Shown here: piece after piece, positions 22,021 through 41,410 of the stretch
Layout of the letters: the number at the start of each line of letters is the position of its first letter
How positions within the stretch are numbered: position 1 is the first letter of the stretch
From: the human T2T-CHM13v2.0 reference genome, Homo sapiens
Length of the DNA: 64,000 nucleotides
Reading direction: 5' to 3' (one strand)
NCBI RefSeq assembly: GCF_009914755.1
Contig: NC_060933.1
Made by a program: the position numbers and the translations under genes
Notes under the pieces: generated by a model
Database searches by the model: none
Told to the model about the DNA's origin: nothing
What the model saw: only the letters and a program-made list of their open reading frames with translations

Positions 22021-24207
22021 AGCCATTCATACATTGAATTTTAGGGACCCCCTAGATCCCCCTGAAGTCTGCTTATCTAGCCAGGTAAGCCAGAACAGAG
22101 TGGTAGAAAAAGGCTATCAATGAAGAGAAACACAATAAAAATATTACCTAGGTTTATAGGTCATTGAAGAGTTCAGAAGACACTTTCCCAAGCATTATCC
22201 TGGCAACAACTCTGTAAGGTCACAGAGCTAGAGGCAGGGTGCAGTGACTTGCCTGAGGTCACGAGCTAGCCCATGGCAGGGCAGAAAGCGCTTGAAGTTT
22301 CTGAGGCCAAGCCCAGTGCTCTTCGTATTTCCCATCTTGCTTCCCAGGAGGTTCCATGCAGATCCTGTGGGAATGGGCGTTTCTGCCCTTATTCCCCTGT
22401 GCATTCTTCACGAGTGGTTGGATTTCCATGGACTTCATTCTGCCAAAGACTCATGTGCTGAATCATATGGAACTGCTGACCTTCCAATAAACCAGCATGA
22501 TTTGCTAAGGCGTAGAGCCAGGCTGAGAAGGAAGAGGACTCAGGCCAGACTGGTGGGTTGGAATCCTAGCTGTGCAGCCGAGCAGCTTGAGCACGTTACT
22601 CAACCTCCACCCAATGTACGAAAAGCACATAGTCCAGTTCCAAGGACATGATAAAAGTTCAGTAAGTGATGCAGGCTTTCATTTTTATTGAGTCTTCTCT
22701 TGCTTTCTCTGGGACTGTAGCATTTTAAAAACCCTACCAACAAGAGGTTGATTCACGTCAACTTCATTTTCTTCTCTCCAAGAAAAAAAGTCACAAACAC
22801 AGAAACAAAGTCAATGCCTTGTCCGTGTGTGCTCATGGGCTTAATGAGTCACCTGGTTGTGCACAGATCCACATGCTGGAATAATCAATCCCACCCCTGA
22901 AGCCAAGCTTACAATTTAAGAAAAAATTAATAAATGCCACTCATCTTTCTAATCTCTTCTCACATGTGACTGACAATCATCAGTCAGCATTGCTTGTACA
23001 AGTTACTGTTCTTTAAAGCTGGGGCAGGTGGGCCAAACGCCAAAATTACCTAAACAGCTTGAACTCCTGGTGTTTTCCTCCAAGCCAGTGAAATGGGAAT
23101 AAAATCTGCTATCAAGGGCTCCCCCTACAGGCACCAAAAAGCAAAGGCTAAAAATTAAGGTGGGTGCCATTTACGCCTAGTAGAGAATTGTTTCTTCTCT
23201 TGAAAAAGTTTCTAAGGCAGTCCTGAAACCACAACTTTGCTTGTTGACACAATCCCTTTTCCAAAACTCTGGCCAAAGAGTCTTAAAAATCTAAAGGACC
23301 AAGAATCAAGCAACCTCTTCCTCTTGATGTACTCACCTCCCACTTAATAAAGGACCAAATGTGATTTTGATACAAATAGGACACAAAACGACCCTAGAGC
23401 TGTAACACTATTTTTGACAGTCATAATTATGGCACTTTTGAGTTTTCTTGTAGCTCATTTCCATCTCATTTTTAGGATTAGTGTGTATTTGTGTGTGTGT
23501 GTACATGCGTGTGTGTACATGCACGCACCAAAACAACTTCAATTCCGGACATAAAATCAATGACAGTTTTAAAACCACTTGATGGAAGGTTTGAGGGAAC
23601 TTTTATCATTTATTTATTTTGTGCTACAAATCAGGTATATTTAATTCTCTGGGTTCGTGGAATGAGCTTGGATGGTTGCCTGCTCTCAAAGGCTAAAAAA
23701 AAAAAAAGCTTGGATGGATAAATAAAGTTTCCAAGACATAAAGAAACAGACAGACAGACAGCTTGTTTCAAATTTGTGCTTCTATTTCTCTCTGAGGGAT
23801 GGAAGTTCACCAACCAGAGATGCACATTTCCTCACAAAGGACACTTGAAGTTGTGCCCACAGAGGCAAATGCTCATATGGAGACTCAAGAAAGCCTGGGG
23901 TTCAGAAGAGGCTTGAGATCATGTTATGAGAAACAGCTGAAGAAAACGGGGGTGCTCAGCCTAGGGAAGACCAAGGGGTGGTATGACAGGCTAACTTGGG
24001 AGGGCAACCAGCCTGTGTGGCCTCTCTAGTGGGCAGAGCTGTCGGAGGACAGAGTGGATCTCACGTTCAGGAAGAATGTTTTAATAATGAGCACTGCCCA
24101 TAAAGAATAAGCTGCACAGGTCAGGGGTATATACCTCATTTAGGCAGGGCCTGGAAAGGCCAGATAGTGGGAACATTGAAGAGACTCAGGAACTGGCAGA
24201 AAACTGA

Positions 24208-26125
<1,918 letters not shown>

Positions 26126-26231
26126 TTAGAATCAGTATTAAATATATATACATATATATATGTGTGTGTGACTATGTCACAAAGTCTCTGAAACACATAA
26201 GTTTAATCTCAAAAACTATCTCTACTTGTTT

Positions 26232-26508
26232 TTTATTTGTTAGTTTCCTGATATAGGTTTGATTTGGAATCAAATAGAAAGGTCAGGCTTTTCCAGACAG
26301 ACAGGAAAACCAATATGAATTACTGAATAGATCCCCTCAACTAGAAAGTCTCTGCTGGAATGAACTTTGTCTAATTTTATCAAGTGCACCAAGAACAGCT
26401 TCTTTCAGAAATTATCGAGACAGCATCACCTTTTGATTCTTTAATATCAACAGATCAAAAAGCATTTGGTGATTTCTCTGTATTTTATATCTCTTTGTTA
26501 AGTTTATT
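26232..26508 (-). terminator. TRMO: Two candidate TRMO polyadenylation signals (AATAAA at 26508-26503 and 26237-26232)
   Basis: Plus-strand TTTATT hexamers ~160 and ~430 nt downstream of the stop codon. Confidence 0.6.
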
Positions 26509-26669
26509 AATGTATACGTTTTTCAAATAAACATTTTGAACAGCCCAAATCAATCAAAGCCATGAGATCACAAAGTGTTGCTTCTCGACACAACATTAGC
26601 TTGTTCAGAAAATCCAAAAGCCACATCCAAAGATCAATGATGCTACCTTAAAGACATGAGGGAGGCTCC

Positions 26670-26929
26670 TTAAGACCCTAGAGACACCAAGGACCCCACA
26701 GGGCCAGTCATATGAACAGGCTCAGAAGCCGGCTTGATCCTCAGCACCTCTGCAAAGCCATCACCAAACCAGCAAGTGACATGCGCTATGTCTACAGTAA
26801 AGTAGAAAAGGCGGTCCTGGCAAAGCTTCCGGCGGTACACAGACCGAGGATCCGCTGACAGCACAGCCTCAATGGCACGCTTTGCTTCCTCTGCTGACTG
26901 AAAATATTTAAATGACGCCTGACCAACAT
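26670..26929 (-). CDS. TRMO: TRMO coding exon 5 (DVGQASFKYFQSAEEAKRAIEAVLSADPRSVYRRK...VSLGS*)
   Basis: TTTCATTGCAG| acceptor, TAA at 26672-26670. LSADPR motif of the TrmO C-terminal domain. Spliced CDS totals 1326 nt = 441 aa + stop. Product is the tRNA t6A37 N6-methyltransferase. Confidence 0.96.
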
Positions 26930-27809
26930 CTGCAATGAAAAAAACACAACTTAATGAGCACTATCATGCAGGTTGAATTTAATTACAACAAACTTCAATA
27001 TGGAATCTGGTTGGTTCCTTAAAGATCACTTGACATGGACAGGGTTTGGAAAACTATTTGATCATTACGGAGACTGTCACCGTCAAGAGGTGTTTATTAT
27101 CATTAGGTTTAACTTGTACACCCCCAAATTTTTGTTTTACTGGACAGAAAAATCATGGTAGTATTTTTCCTTAGTCTCCTAAGACAGGTGAGCTTTCATT
27201 TTCTGTCAGCCAAGATGTCACTTTTCTGATATCCAAAATGTCACTTTTCTATACTCAATGTAGACTTTAATTCCTTGTCATTTTCTTCTCAGAACAGAGA
27301 CAAGGAAATGCATGACAGTCCCAGCATCCTCAGAAAGCCACAAGAAAGAGAACTAAACCCACACACACCCAGAACACCAGCTACAGGCGAGAGAGGCTGC
27401 ACCAGAAAGCTAGTATCACAGACCCGCAGTTACCAGTAACATCCCTTTGCTTTGGGACTCTCTCACATCTGTGTCCCTAAGAAACAGCAAAACTTCCTAT
27501 GTTTGTAGGATTTTTAATGTATTTTATTTTTAATATGGTATGTATAAAACATAAATTTAGAAAGTAACTGTGACCTAGTTTTTCATAACTACAACATCAC
27601 ATACATCCAAATGCCCCTTCCAGGAAGGTACAGATCTTAAAAACACTGTCCCTGCTCAAAATATCATCTGTGGTGGCAGTGGATCTTTATCCCTCTTGGA
27701 GTGGATTTGATTTCTACAAGCAGCCAAAAATCACTGTGGGCCATATCTAATAAGCAGGTTGGGTAAATAAAGCCATGAAGTACAATTTTTAGTCAAAAAT
27801 CAATTATAT

Positions 27810-31188
<3,379 letters not shown>

Positions 31189-31896
31189 TGAAATTAGTTA
31201 CTTCTTACTGGTATCGCTGTATCCACATCTTAACAGCCCCTTCCTTCATCCTAGGCTACTGCTTGGGATCTGCTGTGGGCTGGGGAAACCAGATAACATT
31301 TGTTAAGAACCATGTGTTAAAGTAAGCAGGCTCCATGTAAGAGCCCTGTGGCCTCTCTTCTGCAGCAAAGTGTATGCCTCTAGCAGTGGGACTTTGTTGG
31401 GGCAAGTTCTGTGCTAAGAGACTCTTCCCCTGTGACTCTGGGCTCCTAGAGTCCTCTGTGCCAGAGGCTGAGCTATCGACTACCTGACAGTCAGAATACA
31501 ATGCAACATTTCTCAAGTCAGACAGTAAAACAAATAAGAAAACTTTATGTACATAAGTATAGAACAAGCACAATTTAGCTTCTGAATGATATTTGAAGAC
31601 TCTAAGAACTACTGTAGCAAGTAGACAAGGGGCTGTAAGTCATAGGCCACCTTGTGAGGCAGCAGCCACTCTCTGCCAATGCTTTACTGACAGCCTGGAA
31701 CTAACTGTGCTGACCACACAGTTGTCCAACAAAAGTCATCACATGATGGTACTGCAAAAATATTATTTTATACCTGTTTCCTAAAAACCAGTCATACTGA
31801 CAAACACTCCACATACCTGCCTTCACAAATACCAAACTTGGCTAAATCTCAAAGTAAAAGTTCATCTCTCATTCAGAATGAAGAAACTGAAGATAC

Positions 31897-32553
31897 CTTG
31901 TGAACTGAGCTGCCCAAGGTCCATCTCGGCATGAGGAGTAAACCGCACTTCTAAAGTGGCCACAGGAGCCTCTGTCACCCAGGCAGGAACCACGCTGCGG
32001 GGAGCTCCATCAGCCCTTCCAGCAGGGCAGTGAGGGGCCATGGGCTGTGTCTCTGCCCTGCTTCCTTGCAAGACTGCTGCTCCTTCCACTCTTTCTAGCT
32101 TCTTGTCTGTACCTTTCTCTGAAAAGCTCTTCTCTGGGCAATATGGGCCAATTTGTTCTTCTGCCACGCTGGAACTCTGATCACGTCTTGATTCCAAACC
32201 AAAATCCACTGCTATCTCCCTGTGCATAGGAAATGCTTGCTGAATTCTGGCTGTGTCACTGTGTGTCAGGTAGTTTTCTTCTGAAGTTCTGTCTTCAGGA
32301 CATTTAGGTTTCCTCTTAGTGCTATGGTGGGGTTGTGGCTCATCACACCCTGAGAGCTGTCGCTGGTCACAGCTGTCAGTCTTGCTGTCAGACTGGGACA
32401 CAGTGTTTGGTGTATGTTGGTTATTCTGTAAATTAAAGTCTGCTAAAGGCTCCATCACATTTTGCGGTGAGTCATACTCAGCTATGTAGGGCTTGATGTC
32501 TAGTACGGGTGTGCCATGTATCATGTCAATTCCAGAAAGGTATATAGCTCCAC
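31897..32553 (-). CDS. TRMO: TRMO coding exon 4 (GAIYLSGIDMIHGTPVLDIKPY plus long low-complexity linker to ...LGQLSSQ)
   Basis: CATAG| acceptor, |GTATCT donor. 657 nt. GTPVLDIKPY motif. Overlaps track ORF 31862..32524. Confidence 0.97.
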
Positions 32554-33032
32554 CTATGACATAAAAACGTGAAAAATGAAGAACAGTGCAAACACTTGGA
32601 GAATACAGTCACGCCCCAGAATCCTCTAACACTGTCTGCTTACGCCTCACTGCACTTACTCATAATTCTCTCACACAGACCTAGTACCAACACACACCCT
32701 TCTTGCTACCTGGTAGCCCATCCTCTTCTCTACCTATCAAACTCCTACTTGCTCTTTGAGGCCCTCAAAAGCACACCTTTTACAAAGCCTTTCTGGCTCC
32801 TCCAGACAAAAGCATTCTTTCCTACAGTCCCCATAGAGAAGCCTGTGCACAAACCTCTGCTAGAGCGCTTTCCCCACGGTAGGGTAGTGACCTGCTTAGA
32901 GTCTTCATCCCTAGACGCAGGCAGGCCCCTTAACACAGGCTGGGACCAACTCATCTTTGTATCACTGGTGCTTCTGTTCCAGGGATATAGTAGTCCTCAG
33001 TATATCTCTGTGGGACCAATGAAGGTTCTTAC

Positions 33033-33613
33033 TGTGGCAAACAGATCCAAAAGTGGCCCTGTGACCCGCACCTCCTGAAGTTCATGCCCTTATATAATCC
33101 TTCCCCTTGAGTGTGACTGGCTTCTAACCAACAGAATATGGCAAAAGAGGTATGATGTCCCTCCAGTGACTATGCTTTTCATTAGCACTGCTGCTGGCTG
33201 GAAGACTCACTCGAGAGACTCTCCTTGAAGGCTTGCTGAAGTAGGCAGGCGTGCTAGGAAGCCCACATAGCAAGGAACTGCAAACAGCCTTTAGACACTG
33301 AGGGCAGCCTCCAGCCAACAACCAGCAAGAATCTGGGGCCCCCAGTCCTACTACGATGGCAAGGAAATCAATGTGGCCAACAGTCTGAGTGAGCTTAAGC
33401 AGATTCTTCCATGGTCAAGCCTCCAGATAAGAACTCATATCAGCTGACAATTTAATTGCAGTCTAGTGAGACCTAAGCAGATGACCTAGTTAAGCTGTGC
33501 CCATCCTTCTGACCCACAGATACATAATAATGTTTCAAACACATAATACATGTGTGTTGTTTAAACTGATGATTCTGTGGTAATTTGTTACACAACAATA
33601 GAAATCTAATACA
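33033..33613. mobile_element. MLT1-type MaLR solo LTR in TRMO intron 3
   Basis: CTTCTAACCAACAGAATATGGCAAAAG near the start and TGTGGTAATTTGTTACACAACAATAGAAATCTAATACA at the end. Confidence 0.8.
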
Positions 33614-35337
33614 TCCATCAAGACTCAAAAGATTAAGCAGCACATAAGTCAGCATTACCAAATACTAAAGACAAGTCTCCAGCTGTCCCACTGGACAGAT
33701 GCTGTCCAGTTACTGCTACAAATAGCCATCTACTAACCTTACTCTTGGAAAATAGGCCAAATGAGAACAGAAAAACTACATGCAGTCACATTTGATTCCG
33801 TCTCCATTTAAGAAAAACGTAACTAATACAGGACCCTGATTTCTGAAACATGTTATTATGAATGAGCTGGAACTCTGGAAAGATGATTCTGGACTTGCTA
33901 GATGATGAATTATGCCTAACAATATCTGTAGGAAAAAGAAAGGCACTGTAGCATAAGTAAGACTTCAAAGGATTTAGAGTCAGATGACCACCTGGCTGGA
34001 TGCTATTAGACAGATTATCTAATCTTAAAGAGCCCTAGTTTCCTCACCTATGAGATGAGGATTGCTACTTTGTCAAACCCACAAAGCCACTGTGAGATAA
34101 GGTACGTGAACACTGTTTACTAACTGTAAAGCACTGCACAAACACTAGTTGCCATAAAGCTTATATAGTAATGTCTACAGTGCTACTGTGTTTGCCTTTT
34201 AACCTATCTGACTTGACCTTCCCAATTGAAACATTAAGTTCTTTAGGGCATGGATTTCTACTTTCATCTGATTTGTTTATCACTATAGCTCTAGCACCTA
34301 GGACAATGTCTGGCACATATTCAGTGCTAGAAAATATGTCCCTGAATAATCATAAAATCTTCTAGTACTTGCTATCCAAGTTTGTTAGCCATTACAAATT
34401 GATAAAATTCAAGGTGGATCAGCTACTGAATTTTTCTGAGAAAACTACCTAAGGCCCAGTTGAGTACAATCCAGTGGGAGAGTTCAAGTTCTGGGAAAGA
34501 ACAAGCAAAATAACTGCTCTCATCTATTTAGTGTCCAATAGCCTGAAAAAGTAGTTTTAGAACTTCTCTCTTACAAGATTCTCAAAATATTCTGTGGAAT
34601 CACAGAGGAAGCAGGTCCTTCTCCTTTGCCCACTTCACAACCAGCAGGCTGAAGCCTGGAATGGTCTCTTGACTCCTAGTTTACCTGCCATTTCATCTGC
34701 TGCCTCTATAACAAATGCATCTGTTAGGTCAGAATGGAATGCTTTCCATAAATGCGTAACTAGGTTATATACGAACACACAGTTAAAACTAGTTTAAAAC
34801 TTCTACAACCTGACCAATGTTTGTCCTTGTAGTGTGATTCATCCCAGACTCCTGCCACACAGCACAGTTGACATCAGCACTGCAGCCATGATATCTGTCC
34901 ATTTCCCCAAGGCTGCAAGGAAGGAATGATATACCACCAGTCTATGTGTTTTCCATATGTGCATGTACAATGAGTTATTGTGTGTTAAATTGGAAAGTGT
35001 CCATTTATTTTTAATCATTTTGTATTTACTGCATTCCAAGTCAGAGAAACTTTGGTTACTAATTTAATGATTGTGAAATTTGTGTTATTTCTAAATAATT
35101 TAATAGTTTTGGATATATGCAATAATATAAACAAGCTCTGAGCATCCTATGAGTTTATTTCAACATTTTTCAATGCTAACATTCTTTTAATCATTGTATT
35201 TTCTTCAATGTCTGGTGGTTCTCAGGAGTTAACATCATTGGTACTCGTCTGAATAAACAGCCAGTGGTGAATGCTGTTTATTTTATAAGGCTTTTTTGGG
35301 TGAGGAAAAAGGTAAAAGTAGAAATGAAATGGGTTAC

Positions 35338-35495
35338 CTTCTACCTTTTCCAGCTTGGCCAGGGTCAGTCCTATTGCATTGGGACGATGAGGGCTCCTTG
35401 TGGAAAAAACTCCAGTCTTTGCACCATTCAGCCTAGGAGGCTGCACTTTTGCCTTACAGCTCAAATGACCATTTTTGTGAAAAACAAACAAAATC
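35338..35495 (-). CDS. TRMO: TRMO coding exon 3 (ILFVFHKNGHLSCKAKVQPPRLNGAKTGVFSTRSPHRPNAIGLTLAKLEKVE)
   Basis: TATAG| acceptor, |GTAACC donor. 158 nt. GVFSTRSPHRPNAIGL is the TrmO signature. Confidence 0.97.
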
Positions 35496-37626
35496 CTATA
35501 GAAAACAAAACAAAACAAACCACGGAATAAGAAAAGAGCACAAGTTATTTTACCACAATGATCTGATGGGGAAAAAAATGCAATCTCCCACAAATTAACA
35601 GAAATCATGTTTTAAATAGTATTAACTTGTCATCTGGTAGGAAGAAAATAACACCATCCCCTTTCCTTAAAGGAAGAGACAGAATCTCATCTCCACATCC
35701 TTTGCAGCTAACACAACAACTGGCACACAGTAGGAACTTGAGAGACGTTTATCAAGTGCCCAACAAACAATATTTACTAAGTGTCTGCTGTTTGCCAGGT
35801 AGTACGGTAAAACATTTTTACACTCATTTCATACAATCGCCTTAACTGTCTTAAGTAATATAATTTATCCCCCATTTTTGGGATGAGGAAATTGAAGTTC
35901 AGAAATGTTAAATACCTTTACCAGACCTTCCTTTCTTTTTCCATTTGGCATGACTAGACCTTCCTAAAAAAGATACAAAACCAAGAAGCCAAGAAGAAAA
36001 ACTAACAGATTTGAACTCATGAAATCATTACATTTATGTACTACAAAATGTCAGCCTAAGAGAAAACGTTTGCTACATACATAATGGACCATAGGTTAAT
36101 ATCTGTGGCACACAAATTGTTCCTACAAATTACTAAGGACAACCCAATATAGGACACTATGCAAAGAACATGAATAAGTAATTCACAAAAAAATGGCAAG
36201 TAGCTAAGAACCATATGAAAAGATGTTGAGCTTCACTAATAATTAGAAATTTCTAAATTTAGAAATTAAACTAAAAATCCAAAATACTCTTTTTCCCCAT
36301 CAGGCAAAAATGTAAAAAACTGATAACATATTGTGTTGGGAAGGGTGTAAGAAAAAGGTCATTTGCATATATTATTGAAGTATACATTGGTTAATTTTAG
36401 AGGATAATTTGGAAGTAGTTCCCCAAAATTCTAAATATGCTTACCTTCTAACCCAATATATCCACTTCTGATATCCTGTTCATAAAAATACATAAGTGGC
36501 CAAGAATGTGTCTAAGGGGGTTTGTCACAGTTATTATAACAACAACATAGCCCTCCATTAACAAGAGTGTGTATATTACAAAATATACATCTATATTTTG
36601 TAATAATAGACAGCTATTAAAGAAAAAAAAGGTAAATCTACTGTCGTGAAAGTTCTCCATGGTATATACTGTTATGTGAAGAAAACATACTTTTTTAAAA
36701 AAAGCAAATACCCACTCTGTATGTATATATTTGTTTCTATGTGTACTTGAAAAAGAAAAAATTAAAAGGTCTGGCAGGATCTACACCATGCTGTTAACAG
36801 TAATAAGCTCTGATGAGTGGTTGGGGTTAGGGAGAGAGGGGAGGAAAATAGGAGGGATAAGGAAAAATCTCTTTATATACTTCTGAACCCATTTTTTCCA
36901 TCATCAATGTTTTTAACTTAAATAATTCAATCAGGATCATAATACAAACTAGGTCAGAACATACATTTTCTTTCTAATCTACTCTTGTCCCCAAATTGAC
37001 ATGAAAAATAAACTATTTCAGAATATACACTTAATTTTTAGGTCTCTACCAATAAAAATAGACCGATTCAGACTGCTGATGCTGGGGTGAGGAAGAATGA
37101 ACACGGACAGAATTTGAAATGACAACAAACAATGCTAGTATAACACAGGCCCTAATATAGGTAACACTTAAAGTATCCAGATTTCTACAGTGTCTTGTCT
37201 TTTAGGAGTATACTTAATTCTACATGAGTCTAGAGCAGGATCTGCAAACTTTTTCTGTAAAAGGTCAGAGAGTAATATTTTAGGACATGCAGGCCAACCA
37301 GTCACTATAGAGACTATTCAACTCTGCTGCTATAGCACGAAAGCAGCCACAAACAATACTTAAACAAATGGATATGACTTTGTTCCCATAAAAATAATTT
37401 ACAAAAATGGGCCATAGTTTACTGACCCCTGGTCTAGAGGGTAGAATAATGACCCAGGGGCAGAGTCAAGGAGGTCTATAATTTCCACTCAACAGAAGGC
37501 ATTCATCACCATTAGAACCAACTGCAAATGGAACATGTCACCTCAGTGGATCCCAAGCTTCCCTGAGGATCTCTAAATGACACAGATAATCATATGCACA
37601 AATACAGTACAAAATTCCATACAACA

Positions 37627-37731
37627 GGCTGGTTCAAAGGTAATGAGTTATCTCAATTGATTGTTCACAGTCAGTTACAGATTGAACTTTTTGTTCTACT
37701 TTTCCCCTCTTCTCACTACTGCACTTGTCTT
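37627..37731 (+). pseudogene. Y1 RNA (RNY1-type) processed pseudogene in TRMO intron 2, antisense to TRMO
   Basis: GGCTGGTTCAAAGGTAATGAGTTATCTCAATTGATTGTTCACAGTCAGTTACAGATTGAAC...CTCACTACTGCACTTG closely follows hY1. Followed by an A-rich tail. Confidence 0.9.
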
Positions 37732-38100
37732 AAAAAATAAAAAAAAATAAAAAAGCCATGCAAAAGATGAGAGTTCCAGCCTGGGCAACATGGTGAAACC
37801 CCATCTCTACCAAAAATACAAAAAAGAATTAGCCAGGCATGGTGGCATACACCTGCGGTCCCAGCTACTCAGGAGGCTGAGGTGGAAGGATACCTTGAGC
37901 TCGGGAGGCAGAGGTTACAGTGCGCTGCTATTGCACCACTGTACTCCAACCTGGGTGACAGAGACCCTGACTCAAAAACAAAACAAAACAAAGATGAGGG
38001 TGGTCTGGATGGCAGACTCCAAGGTTGCCTTCAACTAGAGTACTTTATTCGGGGGCAAGTTCTGGCCCAAAATCCTACATCTAACTATAAAGCAACTTAC

Positions 38101-38275
38101 CAAACATGAGAAAACTGTTCTAGGCCCATCAAGGAATGTTCAGGATTATTAAAGATCCTCTTTCTAATCCTCAAACAGGCTCGAGAATAGCTACAAATGG
38201 ATGGCTGTCTTGGAGTACCATTCTTGGCCGAGAAACAAGATTCCAAGTAGCCGACTGGCTCAGTTAAAAGATTCC
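38101..38275 (-). CDS. TRMO: TRMO coding exon 2 (NLLTEPVGYLESCFSAKNGTPRQPS...GLEQFSHVW), TsaA/TrmO SAM-binding domain
   Basis: Acceptor TTTTCTCCTGTAG|, donor |GTAAGT. 175 nt. Contains the GTPRQP and GLEQFSHVW motifs typical of TsaA/YaeB/TrmO. Missed by the ORF track. Confidence 0.96.
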
Positions 38276-38576
38276 CTACAGGAGAAAATTAGGTAAAAAG
38301 TTATTAGTCAAAAGGTCAAACCAAGTTGTAAGAAAACATGTTTTCTCTAATGCATTGGTTTCATAGTTTTAAAATCTTAGTGTCGTGCAACTATAAAAAT
38401 GATTTTTATAGTATTCATGAATACGTATAAGTATTCTCATCATTACATACACACACATACACATACATCATTACATACATAGTAATATCCCTTTAGATAT
38501 ACTAGAAAGAATAATGGTCCAAGAAAGAAAGAATGAAAGTAAGGGGGCATTTTCAGAATACCTACTATGACCATAA

Positions 38577-39027
<451 letters not shown>

Positions 39028-39505
39028 TATGAGGGTATTTCTAATAGAGGAGAGAGTGTACACAAAAGTAAATGAGAAATGTCATAGCATATGCAGGGAA
39101 CAAGCTATTTTGATTGGCTGGAGTATGAAATAAGAGGCAGAGAATAATGAAAGATGAGGAAACACTGGGTATACATAAGTAAGGATATCTTCAATTGAAA
39201 GCAACAGAACATATGAAATAAACTAATTTAAGCAATAAAGAGAGCTTATAAGCTCATAGTGCTAAAATATCTAGAGGCAAGGTAAATTTCAAGTTAGGCT
39301 TGGTCCAGTAGCCTACTGCCCCTCTAGAATGTAAGCTCCATGTGGGCAGTTTTTCTGTCTCATTTATCGCTGCATTCTCATTGTCTAGTACATTGCCTGC
39401 AACGGAGTAGGTACTCAAAAAATTCATGTTGCATAGAAGAAAAGATCATATATGTCTAAACTGATTAATGTGGAAATTGAAAAAGTAAAATAATAATATA
39501 TATAA

Positions 39506-39946
<441 letters not shown>

Positions 39947-40028
39947 TAATCTGGGTGGTGAGATTTTTTAATTACCTTTAAATTTAACTTCGTAATTTCT
40001 ATAATATTTGAAGTTTTTTCAATAATCA

Positions 40029-40178
<150 letters not shown>

Positions 40179-41293
40179 TTAGCCAGGCATGGTGGTGCAT
40201 GCCTGGAGTCCCAGCTACTCAGGAAACTGAGTCAGGAGAAGCACTTGACCCTGGGAGGCAGAGGTTGCAGTGAGCCAAGATCACGCCACTGCACTCCAAC
40301 CTAGGTGAGCGAGACTCCATCTCAAAAAAAAAAAAAAATCACAATTTTTTTAAGTAATAACATATTTCAAAAGAAAAAAAATGGCCAGACACTATCAATA
40401 TAAAGTCCAAGGTTTCCATGGCTACCACTTTGAATTTATTGATAACTTTTTTATTATTCTCACATTTCATGACAGCGTTATCAATTTCTGAGAGATGATA
40501 TAAAGACACTTCAGACTTTATTTCCTGCTTCCTTAAATCTACCCTACCAGCATAAGCAGTAAGACTATAGGTCTGGGGCTGTCCCTCACAGTATCTTTCA
40601 TTACTCTTCACTTCTAGAAGCTACTTTATTTGATATATATAAATATCATATGCAACATACATGTAAGTTATACGGCATAATATGATGAAACCCCGTGTAT
40701 ACACCACCCATCCCAAAAACTAGAGCGTTACTAACGACTTGTTCTTTTTAGGTTGTTTTTCTCTTACCTCACACCCTTCTTTTCCCTCTGAGATAAACAG
40801 AAGCCTGAATTTGATCTTTATCATTCACTTCCTTTTAGAGAATGATTTTGTTACATGTACATGCATGCCTAAACAGTATTTCATTGATTTTTGTCTTTAA
40901 GATCTATAAAAACTGGCACCAAACTGTAAGTTGTCTTCTCAGACTTGCTTTTTCTCTCTCAATATTATGAGGCTAAGATCCATACATACTCTGTATGTTT
41001 TTGACAACTTTAATTTTTGTTCAAGTATGTTTACAGGCATTGTTTTTAGTTTTTTGTTTTTTCTTTTTAATCCTCATCCATGCTTCTATGGAACAGATAT
41101 AGTAGACATCTTAAAAATGAAGAAACTGAGGCCAAACGACCTGGCATATCTTCTTTATGTCTGGAAGATAAATGGCCAAAAAAGACCCCTAGCCCAGCCA
41201 CAAAATCCCTGTGTCTTCTTTTCATTTGTTCAAGAAACATTTTCTGGCTGATACTCTGGGCACACTGCCCATGAGTTAGCTCTGCTCCACAAA

Positions 41294-41410
41294 GAGAAGA
41301 AAAAAAAAAGAAAGAAAGAAAAGAAAAGAAAAGAGAAAAGAAAAAGGAAAGAAAAGAAAGGAAAGGGAGGAAAGGGAAAGAAAGGAAAGAAAAGAAAAGA
41401 AAGAGAGAAA
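41294..41410 (+). repeat. Pure-purine (GAAAA/GGAAA)n tract in TRMO intron 1
   Basis: ~115 nt with only A and G. Confidence 0.9.

Noticed and set aside
22200-23850. Repeat-poor block with an AP-1 site (TGAGTCA, 22845-22851) as a candidate enhancer
   Set aside because: A single short motif is expected by chance. Conservation or chromatin data are required.
24015-24037. Third CTCF-like motif (CCACTAGAGAGGCCA on minus)
   Set aside because: Spacing mismatch to the core consensus, and it lies in what appears to be an old CR1/L3-like repeat.
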